A stretch of 64,000 bases of DNA from a virus (IMGVR_UViG_3300033414_000001:14919-78918); one strand, 5' to 3'. Positions 44,559-54,539 are shown, counted from the stretch's first letter. Numbers and translations: made by a program. The notes: generated by a model not told the origin, from the letters alone.

Positions 44559-45559
44559 CTCGCCTCCCCCGGCATCTCGCGGACGCGCAGATCCTCGGGC
44601 CACTCGGCGGGATCGCCACCCTTGCGGTCGCGCAGGCGCTGAGAGACCAGCGGCGCGGCCTCATCGGGGACGCGCAGCGAGTGCCCAGCGAGGCCGTTGG
44701 GCGGGTCCATCGCCGCCGCTCCGAGCTGCTTCACGAAGCACGGAACCTGAGCCTCTCGGCACTGGCGGACGATCGAGCGGATCCACGCCAGGTCGCACGG
44801 CCTCGCGCCGGGGCCGCTCTCTCCGCCGACGATGACCCAGCCGATCCCGGTCAGGTCGATTTCCCCGAGGTCTTCGAGCAGCGGCTCAAGGGACAAGAAT
44901 CGCAGCGCGGCCGGAGTCGCGCGCAGGTGGTCCAGCCTGGCAAGCGCGGCGCGGTTCTCGATGGAGGAGCCCAGCCAAACGTTCGGGAGCGGCCAGCCGA
45001 AACCGGACAGATCGTCGCCCTCGTCGACCTCCTCGGGCACGAGATCGCGAGCAAGCGCGGATTCTGCCTCGCCCACCGTCTGACAGGCGTACCAGTGAGC
45101 GTCCGGCTGCTGCGGCATCCCGTCCGCGACGTACTGCGCCTGGAGCGTCGCGACGAAGCGTGCCTGCCGCGCGAACCACGCGGCCATCCGCTCCGGGCGC
45201 TTGGTGAGCACCTGGAACGTGTGCTGCGGGCAAACGGCCATCACCCCGAAGACCGCGGAGATGAACTTGTCCGGAACCTCCGGATGGAAAAGGTCACTCA
45301 TCGAATTGACGAAGATCCGCCGCGGCTTCCGCCACCGCATCGGCAGATCGAGCGCCTCGGGAACCAGCCGCAGATCGCCGGTCCAGCGCGGGCCGTCCTT
45401 CGTCGGCCGCGTCAGGCCCTCGAAGGGCATTCCCTTGCCGGAGAAGCGGTGCGCCATGCGCTCGGCGTAGCAGCCGCCGCAGCCTAGCGAGACCCGGCTA
45501 CAGCCCCGCGTCACGGTCCAGGTGGCATCGGTCCATTGGATCTTGGTGCCGTCGCTCAT
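44555..45559 (-). CDS. phage Gp37/Gp68 (DUF5131) family protein
   Basis: TKIQWTDATW..TRGC..VS.GC..CYA; IFVNSMSDLFH; FLSLEPLL; WVIVGGESG. Confidence 0.92.
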   Translation of the reverse strand: MSDGTKIQWTDATWTVTRGCSRVSLGCGGCYAERMAHRFSGKGMPFEGLTRPTKDGPRWTGDLRLVPEALDLPMRWRKPRRIFVNSMSDLFHPEVPDKFISAVFGVMAVCPQHTFQVLTKRPERMAAWFARQARFVATLQAQYVADGMPQQPDAHWYACQTVGEAESALARDLVPEEVDEGDDLSGFGWPLPNVWLGSSIENRAALARLDHLRATPAALRFLSLEPLLEDLGEIDLTGIGWVIVGGESGPGARPCDLAWIRSIVRQCREAQVPCFVKQLGAAAMDPPNGLAGHSLRVPDEAAPLVSQRLRDRKGGDPAEWPEDLRVREMPGEAR

Positions 45560-45924
45560 GGGCGACCCCTACGCAGCGGCGCCAGCAGGTCGCGCAGCGC
45601 GGTCAGTGTCTCTATCGATGCCGAGTCCAATTTCGCGCGGTCCAGATTGCCTGCGGACGTCCAGACCTCGACAGCTAGCCGTCGCTTGGCAGTCAGGGCT
45701 TCGATCTCCGGCGTCCAGGGCTCCAGCCTAGCGTAGCCACACTCTCCGCCGCTAGAAAACAGCAGATGCGGGGCGCACCGCACACGCAGGCGTCCGCCGG
45801 CAGTGATCTTGCCCACCGCGGACTTGTCGTAGGTGATGTACGGTCCGTAGTCGGCGATCACCACCGCTACCTCGTCACCAACCTTGAGCGTCGCCACCCA
45901 TGCCTTCCGCTCTTCTGGCGTCAT
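45556..45924 (-). CDS. hypothetical protein
   Basis: W...LKVGDEV (SH3-like); coupled. Confidence 0.65.
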   Translation of the reverse strand: MTPEERKAWVATLKVGDEVAVVIADYGPYITYDKSAVGKITAGGRLRVRCAPHLLFSSGGECGYARLEPWTPEIEALTAKRRLAVEVWTSAGNLDRAKLDSASIETLTALRDLLAPLRRGRP

Positions 45925-46154
45925 GCTTCCCTCCGTGAATCTGCGGTCATCGCCACGTACTGCGCCCAGTGCTCGTCACACGCCCACGTCTCATGGGCGA
46001 CGACCTTCATCTGCGCGCCGGCCAGCGACGCGAAGTGGCTTCCCGCCAACCTCATCGTTGCCGGCGCTCGACAGGTGTACGGGGTCTTGCCGTCGAGGGC
46101 CCAATGGCAGGGATGCGGGCCGTCTCCTGCGTGACCGCAGCGGCAAGGGATCAT
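45921..46154 (-). CDS. small Cys/His protein
   Basis: CRCGH...HPCH...C...CDEH. Confidence 0.6.
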   Translation of the reverse strand: MIPCRCGHAGDGPHPCHWALDGKTPYTCRAPATMRLAGSHFASLAGAQMKVVAHETWACDEHWAQYVAMTADSRREA

Positions 46155-46399
46155 GCGCCACCCCGGTCGCGTCGGTCGCGGTGGTCGGGATGGGAGAACT
46201 CGTATTCGCGGCGCTCCCTTCGGAGCCACCCAGGGAGCCAGCCCGGATCGTCCATCTCGATCGCCGTCAGCATCGACCCCTCTAGCGTCTGGGGCCAGCA
46301 GACGCACTCCCACGACTCTCCGCTGACGATGAAATACCCGGACCCATTGCACTCGTCGCACGGACCCATTCTGCTCTCGAAGTCCTCTTGGGTTTCCAT
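46151..46399 (-). CDS. small Zn-finger protein
   Basis: CDECNGSG...C.C. Confidence 0.55.
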   Translation of the reverse strand: METQEDFESRMGPCDECNGSGYFIVSGESWECVCWPQTLEGSMLTAIEMDDPGWLPGWLRRERREYEFSHPDHRDRRDRGGA

Positions 46400-46464
46400 G
46401 TGTCGCTCCGACGCCCCGCCTCGCACAGCCCCCTGCGACTGCGCGAGGCGGGGATAGGGTTGGA

Positions 46465-46809
46465 CTACTGGAGCGCCCTGGCGATGGCCAGGAAGAGCGC
46501 GTCCTTCCGCTTCTGCTCCTCGGGCAGTTCGTCGTACGGCACGAAGCAGGGATGCTCCTTCTTCTCCGGGTCCTTGACCGGCCCGTACTTCCAGCCGGCG
46601 GCCTCCTTCTCGGCCAGCCACGAGTTGTGCGAATCGGCCGGCGTGGCGCCTGGATTGGCCCAGGCGTGCTCGACGCCGTGGATGGCGCTGTCGCGCTGCC
46701 AGACCGAAGCGGCCCCCCAAGGAGGCTGGGGCGTGTCGCCCAGCGTCTGACAGTACGCTCGGTTCGCCTCGTGACAGACCTTGGCTACCTCGATTGCGTG
46801 TGCGTACAT
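46465..46809 (-). CDS. RyR-domain phage protein
   Basis: CHEANRAYC...H.SW...K...GWKYGPVKD...KEHPCFVPYDELPEEQK.KD.LF. Confidence 0.9.
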   Translation of the reverse strand: MYAHAIEVAKVCHEANRAYCQTLGDTPQPPWGAASVWQRDSAIHGVEHAWANPGATPADSHNSWLAEKEAAGWKYGPVKDPEKKEHPCFVPYDELPEEQKRKDALFLAIARALQ

Positions 46810-46817
46810 GCTGGCTC

Positions 46818-47024
46818 CTACGAGAGCAGCGACACCGCCGAGATCGACAGCGCCTTCGCCAGCATCTCCAGCGTGTCGAGCGGAGGAGAGCGCTCCCCGC
46901 GCTCAAGCATGGAAATATACGAAACAGACAGCCCCGCCTTCTGCGCGAGCGCCTCCTGAGAGAGCTTCCGGCGGAGACGTTCGTTGCGGAAATTCGTCGC
47001 GAACTTGTCAGCGAGTGATGCCAT
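46818..47024 (-). CDS. XRE-family HTH regulator
   Basis: LSQEALAQKAGLSVSYISMLERGERSP.L.TL..LA.AL. Confidence 0.9.
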   Translation of the reverse strand: MASLADKFATNFRNERLRRKLSQEALAQKAGLSVSYISMLERGERSPPLDTLEMLAKALSISAVSLLS

Positions 47025-47063
47025 GGGTGTCCCTCCTGTTGCGTGGAACTTCGAGCCCCCGGA

Positions 47064-47092
47064 ACCGTATGCTATCTGTCCGCGTACGTCAA
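47064..47092 (-). promoter_or_regulatory. promoter of the XRE gene
   Basis: TTGACG-17-TACGGT. Confidence 0.5.
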
Positions 47093-47101
47093 GTGCGGTG
47101 A

Positions 47102-47281
47102 CTACGAGAACGGCGGCGCGTCTCTTGATTCGAGCGCGCGGATCGCCTCGTTGCCCACGCGCATCGGCGCAGCGATCGATTCGAGTTGAGAGCGCAGCAG
47201 CGAGCATTCGCAGCAGACGCCGGCCGCAGTCTCCATCGTGTCCAGCGGCACCTCGCAATCCGGGCAGCACTCGGTCGTCAT
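47102..47281 (-). CDS. 59-aa Zn-ribbon protein (not in ORF track)
   Basis: MTTECCPDCEVP...CCEC; ATGA coupling. Confidence 0.6.
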   Translation of the reverse strand: MTTECCPDCEVPLDTMETAAGVCCECSLLRSQLESIAAPMRVGNEAIRALESRDAPPFS

Positions 47282-47673
47282 GGCTCGACCCCCGCGGCGC
47301 GATAGACGCGCGTTTCGGCGTCATCGACCCAGCGCAGCAACCGCACAAGGTTGGACGACAGATCGTGCCCCACGGGCAGATCTCCGCGCAGGGCCAGCGC
47401 CACGCATCGGCCGCCCGCGGCGAACCACGGCTCGGCCTCCGCTCGGCATACCCTCGCGTAGCATCTGGCCAGTCCGCGCAGCACCTCGGCCCACGAGGCT
47501 CCGCTGACGTGAGTACCGATCCCTAGATGTGCGTACCCATGCAGGGAGCCGACACTGGCGTCGACATGGATCTCCCCGGTGGGGGCCTTCAGCGTGCGGG
47601 CCTGAACATTCGGCCCTCCGACGAAGCGAGCCGCAGCGAGCACCTGCTCTTGCGTTACGTCTCCCATGGTCAT
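47278..47673 (-). CDS. hypothetical protein
   Basis: MTMGDVTQEQVLAAARF...; coupled. Confidence 0.6.
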   Translation of the reverse strand: MTMGDVTQEQVLAAARFVGGPNVQARTLKAPTGEIHVDASVGSLHGYAHLGIGTHVSGASWAEVLRGLARCYARVCRAEAEPWFAAGGRCVALALRGDLPVGHDLSSNLVRLLRWVDDAETRVYRAAGVEP

Positions 47674-48020
47674 TCCTTCCCGTCCACGCCCGGAGCCCGA
47701 GCGCGCCACGGCACGCTGATGGCGACATAGATGGTGCCGGCGTGGTCCATGAAGCAGCGCGGATCCAGCGCGCCCATGTGGTTGCGCAGCAGAGTGATAT
47801 CGTGCCAGTCGCGCTTGCACTTATCGCACGCGTTGAGCATGCGTTCGCCATGCTCGCACACGGCAAACTCGTACGCCTTCGCCCGCGCCTCCGCCAACGC
47901 CGCGTGCATGATCGCGGACTTCTCGTCCGGATACACCGCCACATCCCAGTCAAGTCGATCGGAATGGTCCCCGGTTGAGGCTGCGACTACCCAAACCGTG
48001 GCCGGCGTTCGCTTGGTCAC
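47670..48020 (-). CDS. hypothetical protein
   Basis: VWVV...TG..SD...W.VAVY; coupled. Confidence 0.6.
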   Translation of the reverse strand: MTKRTPATVWVVAASTGDHSDRLDWDVAVYPDEKSAIMHAALAEARAKAYEFAVCEHGERMLNACDKCKRDWHDITLLRNHMGALDPRCFMDHAGTIYVAISVPWRARAPGVDGKE

Positions 48021-48278
48021 GCCCATGAGCATCTCTGTTGGTGCAGCTCGCAGATCGCCTCCGCCCACTTCTCCGCCGTGCGCACGTCACGCACCGGGAT
48101 CCCGATCCGCCCCGCCTCGGCGATCTCCGCCCTCATGCCGCCGGAATCCTCCGAACGCCACGGCGGAAGGGCGGCCCACAGCGCATCGCACGTGGCGAGC
48201 ATGCGCAGGCCGATCCGCACGCCGGCCGCGCGGCGCTTCGGCCAGCGGTGACGCCAGGTAGATGAGCGGGCGCTTCAT
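48017..48278 (-). pseudogene. nucleoside-deoxyribosyltransferase-like (DUF4406/DUF1937-type) gene with internal deletion and frameshift
   Basis: The N-terminus MKRPLIYLASPL and the C-terminal LATCDAL...W..S.G...E...A...GIPV lie in different frames and the middle is missing. Confidence 0.6.
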
Positions 48279-49033
48279 GGCTTGAGCGTCCAACCGCCCG
48301 GAGGAGGGCACCGCGCGGCCTCCACGGTAGTGAGATGGGCGTGGAGCGGAGCGCGGCAGACGCGCTCGCACGTGTGCGTGTGGGTCTCGCCTTCTCGTGG
48401 GCGCTCCAGGATAGGGCCGCCGCAATAGGCACAATCGCCAAGCTTGGCGGGCTCCTTCTCCCTGCGCTCTCTCTCGGCGAGCATGGCGGTGGCGCAGTCG
48501 TAGGCCGTCACCGGAACGTTGAGAGTCTGGAAGTTCGGATCCGCGCACAACCCTTGCATCGCCATCGCGGCGAGCTGATGCAGCGACGGAGGAGGCTCTG
48601 GGAGGCGGCGATCGGGATGCTCGGAACACCACCAGTCCTCGGCGTGGTGGCCTCCGCGCGCCCCTCGGCATTCCCCATCCGGCTTCTCGCCGGAGACTTG
48701 ATGCCGCTCGCGGACCCACCATGGACACGTCGAACATGTCGCGGGCACGCTCACGCCTTCACCCCTTTCCCGGATCGGATGCCTTTGAAGGATCTTTTCC
48801 TGCGCCTGATCTCTCGCGATGGCCTGCTCCAGGGTCTCGCCCGGGAGCATTCGGACGGGAGTTACCTCGGGGCACTGGGCAGCCAACGCCTCGACCCAGA
48901 GGACCGACTCGTCCGGCGCGTTACCGGTCCGCATCGCGTGCGCGATCTCGCGACATGCCGCCGTCCAGCCGGCCTTGACGCCGGCCGCAATGGCACCCTC
49001 AATCGCCTTCCGCTGCTTGGCTTCGTCGTTCAT
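48275..49033 (-). CDS. mosaic hypothetical protein
   Basis: C..CPWW...C...WWCSEH; A..AMQGL.A...AY..A.AML.ER module. Confidence 0.65.
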   Translation of the reverse strand: MNDEAKQRKAIEGAIAAGVKAGWTAACREIAHAMRTGNAPDESVLWVEALAAQCPEVTPVRMLPGETLEQAIARDQAQEKILQRHPIRERGEGVSVPATCSTCPWWVRERHQVSGEKPDGECRGARGGHHAEDWWCSEHPDRRLPEPPPSLHQLAAMAMQGLCADPNFQTLNVPVTAYDCATAMLAERERREKEPAKLGDCAYCGGPILERPREGETHTHTCERVCRAPLHAHLTTVEAARCPPPGGWTLKP

Positions 49034-49035
49034 GG

Positions 49036-50325
49036 TCAGCCGATCCCTTCCTCGATTGCGATCCCCGCCTCTCCCTCTCGAACAATCTCCAGCACGACCC
49101 GTGCGCCCGCTTCGGCGGCCATCTCGTGGATGATCGTCCGCGCCTGCCGATCGAGCAGTGAGGCGTTTCGGCATCCCACGATTTTCAGCTCGCCACCCCT
49201 GGACAGAGCCACGCCCATCGAGACCCGCAGGCGTTGCGCGTCGGACGCCTGCGAGAAAGGCTGCCCTTCGTAGACGATCCCGCCCTCCGGCGAGAACGAG
49301 AGCCCGGGGACCGGAAACGTGGCGCCCGCGAGCAGATCGGTGCGGGCCAGATCGATGCGCTCGATCTCGGCGGTGAGTCGCGCCTGCTCTGCCATGCGCT
49401 CGGACAGCTCGCGACCCACGCGGGCGCGCTCGCGATTGGCCCGGACGGCGGCGTTGGTCGCCTCGAGCTGGCGCATCTGCGCCGGGATCTCGCCGAGATC
49501 GGGATCGGAGAGCGCGGCGACCTCGGCCGCCAGATCCTTGCCCTCGGTCTCCAGCCTGTCGCGATTCTCGGCCAGTTGCTGCGCCCGCGCCCGCGCCTCG
49601 GTCAGCGCCACCTCCAGGGCTTCCGCCTCACGTGCAGCCTCTGCGGCGCTGGACTTGATCGACGCGTAGGCGGCGCGCTGGCGCGCCAACTCTGCCCGCC
49701 TGGACTCGTTCGCCGCCTTCGCCTCGCTCCGGCGCTGCTGCTCGGCCATCAGGTCGGCCGCGCTCACCTCGTCATCCGGCGCCTCTACGGCAGGCATGCC
49801 GGCGAGCTGGCCGGTGAGCCGCGTCACGTCTCGTCCCACCGCGGTGCGCGAATCGTAGGTGGCCTTGCGCGCGGCATCCAACGGCGCGAAGTCCAGACCC
49901 ACGATCTGCCGGAGCTGCTCGGCCTGCTCCTTTTCCGGGAGCAATAGAAACCCCACCGGATCGATGGAGGACGAATTCAGGAGAGCATCGAGCATCGCCT
50001 GCGGAGAATCGTAGCGAGCTCCATCCTTCGCCGTCACTTCCAGGCGCGTGCCCTTTGCCGTGATCCTGCGCTTCACGGTAAGCCCGGTATTCAGCTCGGC
50101 CACGATCTCGGCTGCGCTGGAACCGTCGCGAATCGGCTTCTCGGGGGCCGCCTTGCCGCCCCGGAACAGGAACTCGATGGCCCGGAGCACGCTCGACTTG
50201 CCGACCGCGTTGGGCCCGCACAGGCGCGTCACCGGGTCATCCCCGAAAGGAATCTCCAGCGCCTCGATCGCCATGAAGTCATCGATCTTGAGCCGCACCA
50301 GGCGGCACTTCTCGTGGTTGCCCAT
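49036..50325 (-). CDS. SMC/Rad50-like AAA ATPase
   Basis: Walker A GPNAVGKS, long coiled coil, degenerate signature (QAS.AQ). Confidence 0.85.
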   Translation of the reverse strand: MGNHEKCRLVRLKIDDFMAIEALEIPFGDDPVTRLCGPNAVGKSSVLRAIEFLFRGGKAAPEKPIRDGSSAAEIVAELNTGLTVKRRITAKGTRLEVTAKDGARYDSPQAMLDALLNSSSIDPVGFLLLPEKEQAEQLRQIVGLDFAPLDAARKATYDSRTAVGRDVTRLTGQLAGMPAVEAPDDEVSAADLMAEQQRRSEAKAANESRRAELARQRAAYASIKSSAAEAAREAEALEVALTEARARAQQLAENRDRLETEGKDLAAEVAALSDPDLGEIPAQMRQLEATNAAVRANRERARVGRELSERMAEQARLTAEIERIDLARTDLLAGATFPVPGLSFSPEGGIVYEGQPFSQASDAQRLRVSMGVALSRGGELKIVGCRNASLLDRQARTIIHEMAAEAGARVVLEIVREGEAGIAIEEGIG

Positions 50326-50327
50326 GG

Positions 50328-51248
50328 TCAGCCCTCCTGCCCGGGTTCGCGGTCCATTGCTGCCGGATCGGAGCCCGGCTCCAGCGTGCGATCTTCCTGC
50401 GGAGCGTCCTGGGTCTGGCCGGCCGCTGCCTTGATGCGGTCCTTGAGGGCGGGCCGATCGGCGGCCGAAGGCGTCACGTCGATCGCCGCTTCCGCCCGAT
50501 CGTGCTCGTCTTCGTCGGCTAGGGCGGCTCGCGCATCGGAGATCTCGGGCGTCTTGGGGAGCAGGTTGTACAGGCGCCGAAGGGCTGTCTTCTTGGCCAT
50601 TGCCTCCCAGTCGTCGTTCCATGGGCCGCCGCCATCCCGGGCACTCTTGGAACGTGCCTTGATGGCGTTGATTTCGTCGAGAGGCAGGTAGGCCGCCTGC
50701 GCCTCCCCGTTGCGCAGCTTGACGATGGCGTATGCGCCCTTGATGACGCCCCGCTCTCCTTCTGCGCGCTGGTGGCGCAAATGCACCAGCGTGGCGCCGG
50801 AGGCGTCAATCCAGTATTCCCAAACGTCTACTTCACGGCGCACGTCAGCGTGTACCGCCAGCACCTCACCCGAGCGACGGGCGATGTCGATGAGGCCGCG
50901 GTAGTCGGTGATGCCCACCAGGTCCGTGGTGCCAGCTTTCTTGTTTCGGAACGGGACGAGCCACCGGCCGCCCTCCACCCCGGGTTCCAAGCCGAGCCGG
51001 GCGCAGGTCATCAACTCCGAGACCACGGAGAGCTGGGAGCACTCCCGGATTGCCGGGACGCGCGACACCATCACCAGCGCCAGCTTCACCAACCGCTCTG
51101 GCGTCAGGTACCTGGTGGCCACCTCTCGGAAGCTCGGAAGCTTCTCCTGGATCGTCTGCTCCAGCGTCTTCGTCGGCACGGTCGGCCGGGCCTGCGGCTT
51201 CTGAATCGAGGCGGGCTTCCCGGTCGACTTCTCGTCGCCCATATTCAC
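50328..51248 (-). CDS. recT: RecT-family recombinase
   Basis: LTPERL...C...S....L.TCA.LGLEP...WLVPF...YRGLIDIARRSG...W..MAKKT.LRRL...LP. Confidence 0.92.
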   Translation of the reverse strand: MNMGDEKSTGKPASIQKPQARPTVPTKTLEQTIQEKLPSFREVATRYLTPERLVKLALVMVSRVPAIRECSQLSVVSELMTCARLGLEPGVEGGRWLVPFRNKKAGTTDLVGITDYRGLIDIARRSGEVLAVHADVRREVDVWEYWIDASGATLVHLRHQRAEGERGVIKGAYAIVKLRNGEAQAAYLPLDEINAIKARSKSARDGGGPWNDDWEAMAKKTALRRLYNLLPKTPEISDARAALADEDEHDRAEAAIDVTPSAADRPALKDRIKAAAGQTQDAPQEDRTLEPGSDPAAMDREPGQEG

Positions 51249-52144
51249 TTCTCCTTGGCAAGCCGGAGCACTCGGCTCGGCTCGCGCGTCACGGTGTAGG
51301 TGGATCCTGCCTGGAGTCGATAGGTACACAGCCCGTCAACGCCGTCCGCCTCACCGATGGCGGCGCGGAGTTGATTGCCGATGAGATCCTCCGCCTCCTT
51401 GGCTACCTTCGTCGCGGCCTTGGCGGCGCGAAGGCTCGCGACCAACTCGCGCAATTCCGGCGTGGCCGGGATGGGCGGCGCGACGGCGGCCGGGTAGCGC
51501 TTTCGTAGGTACTCGGAGTAGGCGCCCGTTCCGTCGACCGGGCACGGCAACCCCTGGACGACGTGGTCGCCCCACCACTTTTCGGCGAATTGGACGAGAT
51601 CGCCGCCCATCTCCCGATCGCGCGTGAGCGGGTACTCGCGCGGATCGTTGCCGCCGATGAGCACAACCACGGTGCAGGCGTCGAGCCCCGCCACTTCCAT
51701 CTGCGTCTGCGCCTGGACCACGAAGGTCTCGGGGAGCGCGGCGCCCTCCTGGCCCGACTCGCCGAAGCTGCCGACATTCCAGGCCGACGTGTTCTTGCAC
51801 TCCAGCAGGCGAATCCAGTCGGCACGCTCGTAGCGGCCGGCCGGCACCACGACGCGGTCAGGCGACGCGAACAGGATCTTGCTGGACGGGTGCGGAATCT
51901 TCGGCGGCGTGAAGATCTCGACGCCCTCGGCCGCGTGATCCTCCAACCACCCTTGAGCGATGGCTGCCTCCAGGAGGGTCCCGCAACGAGTGAAGCGATT
52001 GCCCTCGAACGGTGGCAGAATCCCCCGCTTCACGTCAGCGAGTTCCTGCGCCGCCTGAAACCGCGACAAGCCAAGGGCGATCGGCACCTCTGAGGCGCCG
52101 AGACCCTTTCGGCGCTCGGCTTGCTGCTCGGGCGTGAAGCTCAC
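51245..52144 (-). CDS. YqaJ-like (lambda-exonuclease family) nuclease
   Basis: RRKGLGASE...G..LE..I...ASPDR...LLECK...Q.Q.QM.V. Confidence 0.9.
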   Translation of the reverse strand: MSFTPEQQAERRKGLGASEVPIALGLSRFQAAQELADVKRGILPPFEGNRFTRCGTLLEAAIAQGWLEDHAAEGVEIFTPPKIPHPSSKILFASPDRVVVPAGRYERADWIRLLECKNTSAWNVGSFGESGQEGAALPETFVVQAQTQMEVAGLDACTVVVLIGGNDPREYPLTRDREMGGDLVQFAEKWWGDHVVQGLPCPVDGTGAYSEYLRKRYPAAVAPPIPATPELRELVASLRAAKAATKVAKEAEDLIGNQLRAAIGEADGVDGLCTYRLQAGSTYTVTREPSRVLRLAKEK

Positions 52145-52440
52145 AGTTCCTCCAGGTAGTCGAGCGCCTGCGATCTTGCGGCGCACGCGCTCATGTCGTT
52201 GCTCGGGGCGATGAGATGGCGAACCAGAGACCGCACCAGCAGCCGCGCCCGCTCGATCTCGGACCGGAGCATGATTTCCATCGCGTCCCCGCCTCCGAGG
52301 CTTTCGTAGGCCACGGGAATCATGTCTTCGAGACGTGTGCCTCTCAGGCGGTCCACGCCGCACTCTGCCAACGCCTCGATGGCGTCCCTCAGCTCATGTT
52401 CCGAGGGGTCTCGATCTACGTTCGCGGGAAGCATCTTCAT
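52141..52440 (-). CDS. hypothetical protein
   Basis: ORF track; coupled. Confidence 0.65.
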   Translation of the reverse strand: MKMLPANVDRDPSEHELRDAIEALAECGVDRLRGTRLEDMIPVAYESLGGGDAMEIMLRSEIERARLLVRSLVRHLIAPSNDMSACAARSQALDYLEEL

Positions 52441-53051
52441 GGCTGGCCCTCCGTAGAGAAATCACCCGCCCCGGTCGCTCGCCCGCAGCCTGACGACTGC
52501 GGAACCGGGACGGGCACCCCGGGAGGATTCCCAGGGAGTTGACAGCGCGCGTGCTCTTCGGCGGCTTGACGAGCGGCCTCTTCGGTGGCGGCATACCCAA
52601 AGTGCGATTGCGCTCGGTCGCTGCGGCCGTGCTCTTCCGCCCACCAGAAGTAGGCATCCCCGCCGCCGCAAGCGGCCAGGGCAACCCCATAGACGACTCC
52701 ACTCTGGGAAATGCCCGCCACGGACTGCCCGACGCGGGGCAGCGACCACCGGATCTCGGGCTCCTCGCACTTCGGGCACCGCCCGCCCGTCGTCGTCGGT
52801 ACAAGAGCCTCCTTGATCGCGGCGAGCGCCTCGTGGGCCTTCGCCGCCGCCTCGCACACGTCAGGCGCGTAGCCGGCGCAGGCGGGCTTGCACTGGCAAT
52901 CGTGCGGCGTCGAACACCCCTCCGCGATGCCGGAGTCGTGCGGGTGGTCGACCTCGCGGCAATCGGTATCGCCACACACCTGCACGCAGCCGCACGTGAG
53001 CGACTCGATGGCTTCGCGGGCCAGCAGCAGGGCTCGAAGGGCGTCACTCAT
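52437..53051 (-). CDS. Cys-rich hypothetical protein
   Basis: MSDALRALL...; ATGA coupling. Confidence 0.55.
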   Translation of the reverse strand: MSDALRALLLAREAIESLTCGCVQVCGDTDCREVDHPHDSGIAEGCSTPHDCQCKPACAGYAPDVCEAAAKAHEALAAIKEALVPTTTGGRCPKCEEPEIRWSLPRVGQSVAGISQSGVVYGVALAACGGGDAYFWWAEEHGRSDRAQSHFGYAATEEAARQAAEEHARCQLPGNPPGVPVPVPQSSGCGRATGAGDFSTEGQP

Positions 53052-53551
53052 GGCTTCACCGCGACGCCGCTTGGCGAATACTCCACCCATTCCAGTTCGC
53101 TGCCGCAGACCTCGTGACGTTCCTGGAAGGTCACCTGGTCCCACGCAAGAGCATCCTTGCACTCCGGGCACCACCAAACGCCGGACCGAACGCCGGTCAT
53201 CGTCGGCGGGGGCAAAAGGCCCTTCCCGGGAGGAGAGGCACCCCCTTCCGTGTCCGCTGGCGCCTCGCTCCGCCAGACCTGGCCCTTCCGGTCCGGTGGC
53301 GCCACGGACCGAGCGATCCCGGGGTGCGGAGGGAACGTGCCGCGCAGGGCGCGCGCCTCGCGCCAGAGCTCCGCCGCGCCTTCCTCGGTCCGTCGCAAAT
53401 TCTCACGCAGGCGCGCGGCGTCGGACTCGTAGCGCTCCACCAGTTCGGGCGCCAACCAGCGTGCAAGACGGACACGGCGCCACATGGTGCGCTCTGCCAG
53501 GCGGGAGCGGAGCATCAAGTAGCGGCGACGGATGCGGTCACGGATGGTCAC
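53048..53551 (-). CDS. hypothetical protein with C-terminal Zn ribbon
   Basis: WWCPEC...RHEVCGS. Confidence 0.6.
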   Translation of the reverse strand: MTIRDRIRRRYLMLRSRLAERTMWRRVRLARWLAPELVERYESDAARLRENLRRTEEGAAELWREARALRGTFPPHPGIARSVAPPDRKGQVWRSEAPADTEGGASPPGKGLLPPPTMTGVRSGVWWCPECKDALAWDQVTFQERHEVCGSELEWVEYSPSGVAVKP

Positions 53552-54539
53552 TTGTCGTCTCCTTGGCGGTGGCCTTGGCAATCGCGGCGAAACATCGGGC
53601 CTCAATGTGGCCTCGCTTCTGTGCGCACCACTCTGCCCATGCGCGCGCCCGTCGTCCGTCCTCGTCGTTGCCCATGTACACTTCCAATGGCTGTGACTTG
53701 CCGGGGCGGAGCATTCCGGTGTCCCGGTAGAAGTCGTCCGCGAGTCGCTCGAAGGTGTCGTTGGCGTCCTCGCCCGGCAGCCGCATCGTCCAGCCCGTCA
53801 GCTCGCGCAGCGCCGCCAGCAGCTCCGGTGCAGCTTCCCGGACGGGGTCCGGAGGCTGGCCGGAAAGGGTTCGGATGCGTGCCGCGAGTGAGCGAGCGGT
53901 GGACGCCGCGCCGGCCAGCGCCCCGGATGCCGCAGCGTGCTCCACCGGGAGCGCCGGAGGCGTGGCCGCGCAGGCGTCGCAGACGCGCGCAGCCTCTTCA
54001 AGACCTTCGCGTCGGCCGGCGGCGCGGGAGGCGTCCCGCTCGTCAGCCAACATCTTCACGGCGTGCGCCAGATCGATACAGGCCGCGTCGCCGATCTCGG
54101 GGCCCGCGGCTACGAGCGCCCGGAACGTCGCGTTCGTGACTCCGCGAAGGTTCTCCTCCCTGCCGGCGCCCTTGCGGATCTCTTCGGCCCTTCTGCTGGC
54201 AGCCTTGAGCCGTCGCGCGGCCTCCTCCACGATGTCAGCGTGGTCAGCGTCACCCGGGCAGTTCGGCATCGCCGCCCGTAGCCGATCCATGATCCCGGAG
54301 ACCTGCTCCGTCCATCGACGGCACGTGTCGAGCACCTCGGCGGACGTGTACACCGATTCGGCGTCCAGGCGGGAGAGCAACTCGGCCGCAAAGGCGCGCG
54401 AGTGACCAAGGCCGGAGCGAGCTGCGACGCCAGCCCCCGGATAGTGAGCCTCCGCATCCTCCGCGGCGACACGCATGGTCTCCGCGTGTTCCGCCCATCG
54501 CGTCGCCATCTCCCGCAGGTCTGCGATCAGGTCAGCCAT
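53538..54539 (-). CDS. mosaic phage protein
   Basis: GLEEAARVCD and AAPELLAAL modules. Confidence 0.65.
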   Translation of the reverse strand: MADLIADLREMATRWAEHAETMRVAAEDAEAHYPGAGVAARSGLGHSRAFAAELLSRLDAESVYTSAEVLDTCRRWTEQVSGIMDRLRAAMPNCPGDADHADIVEEAARRLKAASRRAEEIRKGAGREENLRGVTNATFRALVAAGPEIGDAACIDLAHAVKMLADERDASRAAGRREGLEEAARVCDACAATPPALPVEHAAASGALAGAASTARSLAARIRTLSGQPPDPVREAAPELLAALRELTGWTMRLPGEDANDTFERLADDFYRDTGMLRPGKSQPLEVYMGNDEDGRRARAWAEWCAQKRGHIEARCFAAIAKATAKETTSDHP

